Shown one piece after another: positions 17,399-18,018 of a stretch of 18,018 nucleotides of DNA. The notes beneath the pieces are model-generated. The model saw nothing but the letters and a program-made list of their open reading frames with translations, had not been told where the DNA came from and did not search any database. The DNA lies in NCBI GenBank assembly GCA_031411295.1, contig JANOAV010000089.1, forward strand, positions 1-18,018, read 5' to 3'. The DNA comes from Verrucomicrobiales bacterium (GTDB lineage Bacteria > Verrucomicrobiota > Verrucomicrobiia > Verrucomicrobiales > V1-33). How positions within the stretch are numbered: the first letter of the stretch is position 1; each line of letters begins with the position of its first letter. The position numbers and the translations under genes were made by a program.

Positions 17399-17923
17399 AT
17401 GAAAGCCACCATTGCCACCTTCCTCCTAGCGCTGGGACTCGTTTGCGCGGCTTCCATTATGCTGCGAGGAACGTTGGGGGTGTTTTTCAGCACGGTGGTG
17501 ATATCATTGCTCTGGGCTTTTGCTGGGGCGGGCCTTCTGGGCAGAAAACGATTCAATAATCCGATGGTTTCATTTTCCTTCGCAGTCGCGCTGACGGTGT
17601 TGGTATTGATTGGGATGTTCAGTGTGCCACTGCGGGTAGCCTTCAGACTCTATAGGGCTGAATTTAGCGCGCGCATCATGGATGGGCTTTGGGATCCGCC
17701 TCCCCGCACGAACGGATTCACTCCCACACCTCCCCGTCCATTGGGTTCTACAGGACCATTTCGGGTTATCAGCAGTGGATCACGTCGTGGCACCACGTAT
17801 TTCCAATTGGAGGGCAGTGGAAATGAGTTCCACGGCTTCGTTTATCAGCGAACCGAGGGCGACTATAATGTGGGGACAAGCATACCACTAGGAGACGGGT
17901 GGTTCTATATCGAGGAAGACTGA
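17399..17923 (+). CDS. Hypothetical membrane protein (three N-terminal TM helices, small C-terminal domain)
   Basis: ATG 17399 (MKATIATFLL) starts directly with hydrophobic helices. C-terminus GFVY...LGDGWFYIEED. The upstream ATG at 17333 is possible but less likely. Confidence 0.7.
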   Translation: MKATIATFLLALGLVCAASIMLRGTLGVFFSTVVISLLWAFAGAGLLGRKRFNNPMVSFSFAVALTVLVLIGMFSVPLRVAFRLYRAEFSARIMDGLWDPPPRTNGFTPTPPRPLGSTGPFRVISSGSRRGTTYFQLEGSGNEFHGFVYQRTEGDYNVGTSIPLGDGWFYIEED

Positions 17924-17941
17924 ACCGCTGGGCCCCATGCG

Positions 17942-18018
17942 GTGGTCCGCACAGTCCTCTGTGCGGCTCACAGGCTTAGCCTCTGCATTCCAGCCGCACA
18001 GAGGACTGTGCGGACCAC
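17942..18018. repeat. REP doublet (REPIN-like): two inverted 27-bp GTGG-type REP units
   Basis: GTGGTCCGCACAGTCCTCTGTGCGGCT (17942-17968) is the exact reverse complement of 17992-18018, with a 23-nt spacer. Each arm has an internal hairpin CCGCACAG-tcct-CTGTGCGG preceded by GTGG. Confidence 0.85.

Noticed and set aside
1..18018. CRISPR array, tRNA/rRNA, integrase or transposase
   Set aside because: No regularly spaced direct repeats, RNA gene signatures or recombinase motifs were seen.

Overview
GC-rich bacterial window, most likely Verrucomicrobiota (PVC superphylum), inferred from a PEP-CTERM protein with autotransporter-type repeats and a PVC-type CxxCH heme protein. Gene order: REP-like hairpins; giant PEP-CTERM beta-helical surface protein with two PA14-like inserts (+); palindromic intergenic element; tgt fused to an MnmC/MnmD-like SAM methyltransferase domain (+); membrane-anchored hypothetical, cupin and type I dehydroquinase aroD (all -); priming sugar transferase of the WcaJ/CpsE family (+); secreted NPCBM / beta-propeller / HEAT / cytochrome c protein (+); small membrane ORF and a fused NuoE-NuoF-like diaphorase with no catalytic partner in the window (-); hypothetical membrane protein (+); a perfect REP doublet at the right end. 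The most intriguing signal is the Tgt-methyltransferase fusion, which could make an N-methylated preQ1 or couple two wobble-base modification pathways. All family calls come from motif recognition by eye; no database searches were run.
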